From Zootoca vivipara (taxonomy: Eukaryota): 64,000 nt of DNA. Position numbers and translations under genes: made by a program. The notes beneath the pieces were generated by a model. It saw nothing but the letters and a program-made list of their open reading frames with translations. It was not told where the DNA came from and ran no database searches. Positions 59,396-64,000 of this stretch are shown in pieces (within the stretch, counting starts at the first letter, position 1; the number at the start of each line of letters is the position of its first letter). The stretch spans positions 28,210,001 through 28,274,000 of the forward strand of contig NC_083288.1 of assembly GCF_963506605.1 (NCBI RefSeq). Reading direction: 5' to 3'.

Positions 59396-59560
59396 AGAAT
59401 GGAGGTAATGCTAATGGGCGATCCTGTGTGTTCCCCTTTGTGTACAAGGGCCAAACTTTCAATACCTGCACCCAGCAAGGTGCACAGAGACAGGACTACT
59501 GGTGTGCGACAACATGGAACTATGACCAGGACAGGTTATGGAGCTACTGTGCTGATACCG
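59396..59560 (+). CDS. FN2 protein B, exon 3: second FN2 domain (terminal exon probably outside the window)
   Basis: ENGGN..SCVFPFVY...WCATTWNYDQDRLWSYCADT; 165 nt, phase 1-1. Confidence 0.92.
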
Positions 59561-60275
59561 GTGAGCATGATGCAGGGGCCTGGAATAACAGGAGTGGTTG
59601 GCTGGATGAATAATTAGTCAAGGCGTCTGACTCAGTTTGGACTCAGCTACATTGCTCATGTTACAACTCTTTAACTGCATTATAAACATGTGACACCACT
59701 TGGCTCTGTAGAGCACAAAACTTTGTGCAATTTCACATAGTGGTTGGCTGGATGAATAATTAGTCAAGGCACTTTGTAGGCCAATGAGAGTGAGAGGAAG
59801 TACAGTATTCCCCAATCTGGTGCCCTCCAGAAATTCCAAACTGCAGTTCCCATCAGCACTAATCAGTGGCCATACCTGTTGGGAGAAGACTGATGTGAAA
59901 CACCTGGAAGGCCCCACATTGGGAGCACTTGTTTTGCATGCAAAACATCAGAACTTCATTCCTCAGAATCTCCAGGTAGGGCTGGAAGAGAGCCCTTGCC
60001 AGCCAGAGTAGACAACACCAAGCTAGATGGATCTAGCGTCTGACTCAGTTTTGACTCAACTACATTGCTCATGTTACAACACTATAACTGCATTATAAAC
60101 ATGTGATACCAGTTGGCTCTGTAGAGCAGAACACTTTGTGCAATTTCACATTGTTTTTTCTCTTTTGTTATAACGATTTAATTTATGACTTGTTTAAAGT
60201 GTTTCCCCCGTGTGTTGATCCAGTCTATGTCAGCTTTCTATCTTCTGATGAAAAGTTTGCTTAGTCTTAGCATTG

Positions 60276-61886
60276 CGTGTGGAGGTCCCCAAAACTGCCC
60301 CTCAAATAACTCACACCATAGACAGAATTTTTGTTTAATGGTTTTTGGCATGTATTTGGCCACAACTTTTATTGAAATACAAATATAAAATAAGTGAGTG
60401 GTTGCGTAGGCATTGGTTCTCCAACTGTCACCTAAGGACAGAAATAAACTCGCCTTGTCAACAAGGGGAAACCCTACAGGGAGAGACAGGGAGTTGGATC
60501 CCCTCTCCCCTCAGGCTCCCAGGGGCTCATGCGTGTTGCTGGTCCCCGACCGGGGTTATGGACACTGCATAGAGCCCCTGTATTCCTGACTGGCATCTCC
60601 TCTAATTCAGGCATTAACTCAAGGGGCCAATGCAGTCAACAGACCCCATATACAACCAATAACCAATGCCTAACCGCCACTAGAGCCCCTAGGCTTGCCA
60701 CCAAAACCACTCACAAACCCAGCCAGGACAAAACCCACCCACGAATCGACCCCAACCACAGATTGTTCCCTACTGAGGAAAGATGAACACCATCGGGTCG
60801 ATACATCTGGGCAGCGGCAAAAGAAATTTCAGGATGAATAATGATCAGCCCACCCAATTCCTCGATCAACTTAACCACAGCCCAATTCACCCGTTTCCTA
60901 GCCCGTTCGGTGGTGACAGGGGAGCGACTCCCTCGCCACTCCCTTTTCTGCAATAAATGGGACCAAATTAATCTTGTAGCTGGCAACAGGGTACTCAATT
61001 CTCACACATCACTACAAATCGAAGAATGCAGTGTGCGACAGTCCGTAGTGGGCAAATCATTTTCACCCAACTGCACCAAAATTGCCGAGGGGGGTCCATC
61101 CACGTGCAACTGCTTGCGAATCAGTGGGAGAAATTCACCCCACAACATCCCTCTCCTGGCCAGCCAAGACACATGCACATTCGAAGGGAGTCTGAGACTG
61201 GAACCAAGGCCCGACTCCTGAGCTCTGGAAAGAAATTACTGGAGGAGCTACGACCCACCCCCCTGGGCTGTCTTATTCACTTCCTTAGTGGCAGCTGGGC
61301 AGCGGGTGCCTTGCCACACATGTCTCTGAGAAAGCGACCGAATTAAAATTAAATTTTCTTTATCCCGGGGGCACTGCCAACAGCTCATCCAAGTCCACTT
61401 GCTGCAAGACGCAAACTTACTCTGGGGGAAGATGGCAAAACATTCCCACCCAGAGCATCACCAGCGCTACGGGAGGACCGTTACAGGCCACACTCAACCG
61501 CCCAGCTGCCCACCACCGCTTCAGGAGGACCCTCGCAGGTCACACTCGACTGCACCAAAGGAATGAAATCCTCCCAAAGCATTCCCAATCTGGACATCCA
61601 AGATACACTTGCAAAGGCAAGTGGCCGAGACGGCACCCCAGTCCAGACTTGTCAGCGTGCTTGCCAGCCCCAGTGCCTTCGAGTGATCCGAAAATGCAGC
61701 CAAAGAGAAACCTCTCTCTTTGGCTTCTATACCAAGGGGGCTGACCCATCAACTTGCAACATACAAATTTGCCCAACAACAGCCAAGGACCTATCCAATA
61801 GTGACCACTCATGCCCCCACCTTTGGAACTCAGGAGTGGTTTGTTAAGCCCCCACCACAAATCGTGCTCACCATGATGGTGAAACC
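60276..61886 (-). mobile_element. Ngaro/DIRS-type element remnant with SGNH-hydrolase-like ORF, present only in copy B
   Basis: Reads WS.LL.R.WR...VN...DGVHLS..GN. The terminal aataaaagttgtggcc motif is also seen at about 34730 and 52665. The segment is bounded by gcatt. Confidence 0.6.
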
Positions 61887-62144
61887 GCATTCCTGAGCAC
61901 AGTTCCAGGTTCAGACCACAACATCTGAGATGACAAGTTTGGATAGGACCATAGAGAACTGAGTAAATAGTTTTCAGAACAGTGAGAAAAGGATTAGTTA
62001 GATGAACCACTAGTCACATATTATATAATAGCTTGGTGCACAGTATATAATAGCTTTGTGAGCTTATATGAGAATAAGTCGTGTGGTAGAAGTTATAGAA
62101 AAAGAAATGATATAGGACTCAGCTACATTAGTCAAAAACAGTGT

Positions 62145-64000
62145 TATAGTAGTAGTAGTAGTAGTAGTAATAGGAATAATAATTTATTATTTGTACCACA
62201 CCCATCTAGCTGAGTCTCCCCAGCTACTCTGGGCGGCTCCCAATCAAGTGTTAAAAACAATACAGCATTAAATATTAAAAGCTTCCCTAAACAGGGCTGT
62301 CTTCAGATGTCTTTTAAAATTAGGATAACTGTTTATTTCCTTGACAACTGATGGGAGGGCGTTCCACAGGGCTGGCGCCATTACCGAGAAGGCCCTCTGT
62401 CTGGTTCCATGTAACCTCACTTCTCGCAATGAGGTAACCAGCAGAAGGCCCTTGGCGCTGGATCTCAGTGTCTGGGATGAACGATGGGGGTGGAGAGACT
62501 CCTTCAGGTATACAGGACCGAGGCCATTTAGGGATTTAAAGGTCAGCACCAACACTTTGAATTGTGCTCAGAAACGTACTGGGAGCCAATGCAGATCTCT
62601 CAGGACCGATGCTATATGGTTCCGTTGGCCACTCCTAGTCACCAGGCTAGCTGGCGCATTCTGGATTAATTGCATTTTCCGGGTCATCTTCAAAGGTAGC
62701 CCCACGTAGATCGCATTGCAGTAGTCCAATTGGGAAATAACTAGAGCATGCACCACTCTGGTGAGACATTCCGCAGGCAGGTAGGGTCTCAGCCTGCGTA
62801 CCATATGGAGCTGGTAGACAGCCGCCCTGGACACAGAATTAACCTGCACCTCCATGGACAGCTGTGAGTCCAAAATGACTCCCAGGCTGCGCACCTGGTC
62901 CTTCAGGGGCACAGTTACCCCATTCAGGACCAGGAAGTCCCCAACACCCACCCGCCCCCTGTCCCCAAAAAACAGTACTTCTGTCTTGTTAGGATTGAAC
63001 CTCAATCTGTTAGCCGCCTTCCATCCTCCAACCACATCCAGGAAATCACACAGGACATTCACTGCCTTCACTGGTTCTGATTTAAAAGAGAGGTAGAGCT
63101 GGTTGTCATCTGCATACTGATGAACACCCATCCCAAACCCCCTGATGATCTCTCCCAGCAGCTTCATTTAGATATTTAAAAGCACGGGGGAAAGGACAGA
63201 ACCCTCAGGCACTACACAAGTGAGAGCCCAGGGGTCTGAACACTCATCCCCCAACACCACTTTCTGGACATGGCACAGCACAACCAAGGCAGTTTCAGTC
63301 CTATGGTGCGGCCAGAATCTCAATTGGAAGGGATCCAAATGGCCCGCATCCTCCAGGCATGCTTGAAGTTGTTCAGCAACCACCCACTGAATCACCTTGC
63401 CCAAGAATGGAAGATTTGAGACAGGACGATAGTTGGCCATATTGGCCGCATCTAAAGATGTTTTTTTAAGAAGCTGTTTAATGTCCGCCAATTTTGGTGG
63501 GTCTGGGAAGCATCCACCACCCCACAGAGCCCATCGCCCACTCCTTCCCGACTCATTTTTATTAGCCAGGATAGGCAAGGATCAAGGAGAGAGGTGGTCA
63601 GTTGAACGCGTCCAAGGAAACTGTCCACATCTTCGGAGGTAACAGATTGGAATTGATCCCAGAACATGACTAGACAGGACTCTAGCACTCTCCTGCCATG
63701 GCCCTGCTCCGAAGGAGTCTACCTCCTTCTGAATCTGAGAGATTTTATCTGCAAAAAAAAAAAAACCAATTCAAAAGCATTGTAGGAGATCTTGGGGTCC
63801 CTACGAGGCCCCGGTGATGAAGGTGGTTCCGATGGATTGTGAACCACCTAAAAGAGTCTCCTGCTGCTGTTTTCTGCAGATGCAATAGAGGTGGTGAAGA
63901 TTGTCCTCTTCGCCGTCGCCATTGCCACTTGGTAGGCTCGACGTTGAGCTCTAGCCCGTGTCCGGTCTGATTCAGAATGAGTTTTCTGCCACCGGTGCTC
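62145..64000 (-). mobile_element. L2-clade LINE, decayed; continues past the window end
   Basis: NYRPVSNLPFLGK, YADD and LDYCNA motifs. Confidence 0.88.

Larger units (their letters stand above)
52447..63480 (+). repeat. Segmental duplication, copy B (probably extends beyond the window)
   Basis: Colinear with copy A; see the block list there. Confidence 0.9.

Overview
Eukaryotic (vertebrate) genomic DNA, very probably a squamate reptile and most likely a lacertid lizard; this is inferred from Sauria/Squam1 SINEs with (ACCTTT)n tails, Bov-B, L2, Penelope and DIRS/Ngaro elements. The left half (1-31.8 kb) is the edge of a class II olfactory receptor (OR) cluster. It holds five complete intact OR ORFs, one OR cut by the window start, two 3'-only OR pseudogene fragments and a near full-length Bov-B LINE with an intact 1035-codon ORF. 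A CpG-rich island follows at about 32.5-33.3 kb. The right half is a tandem segmental duplication (copy A about 34.5-46.9 kb, copy B about 52.4-63.5 kb and beyond). Each copy carries a small spliced gene that the ORF track does not assemble: a signal peptide plus two fibronectin type II (FN2) domains, of the ELSPBP1/binder-of-sperm family. The two paralogs have near-identical introns and signal-peptide exons, but their FN2 exons differ almost only by amino-acid-changing substitutions, a strong positive-selection signature. The second notable item is a pre-tRNA-Lys(CTT) fused to a full Sauria SINE, with both inside one 12-bp target-site duplication, i.e. a composite retroposon. There is a 142-N assembly gap at 55239-55380. 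All counts and alignments were made by eye.
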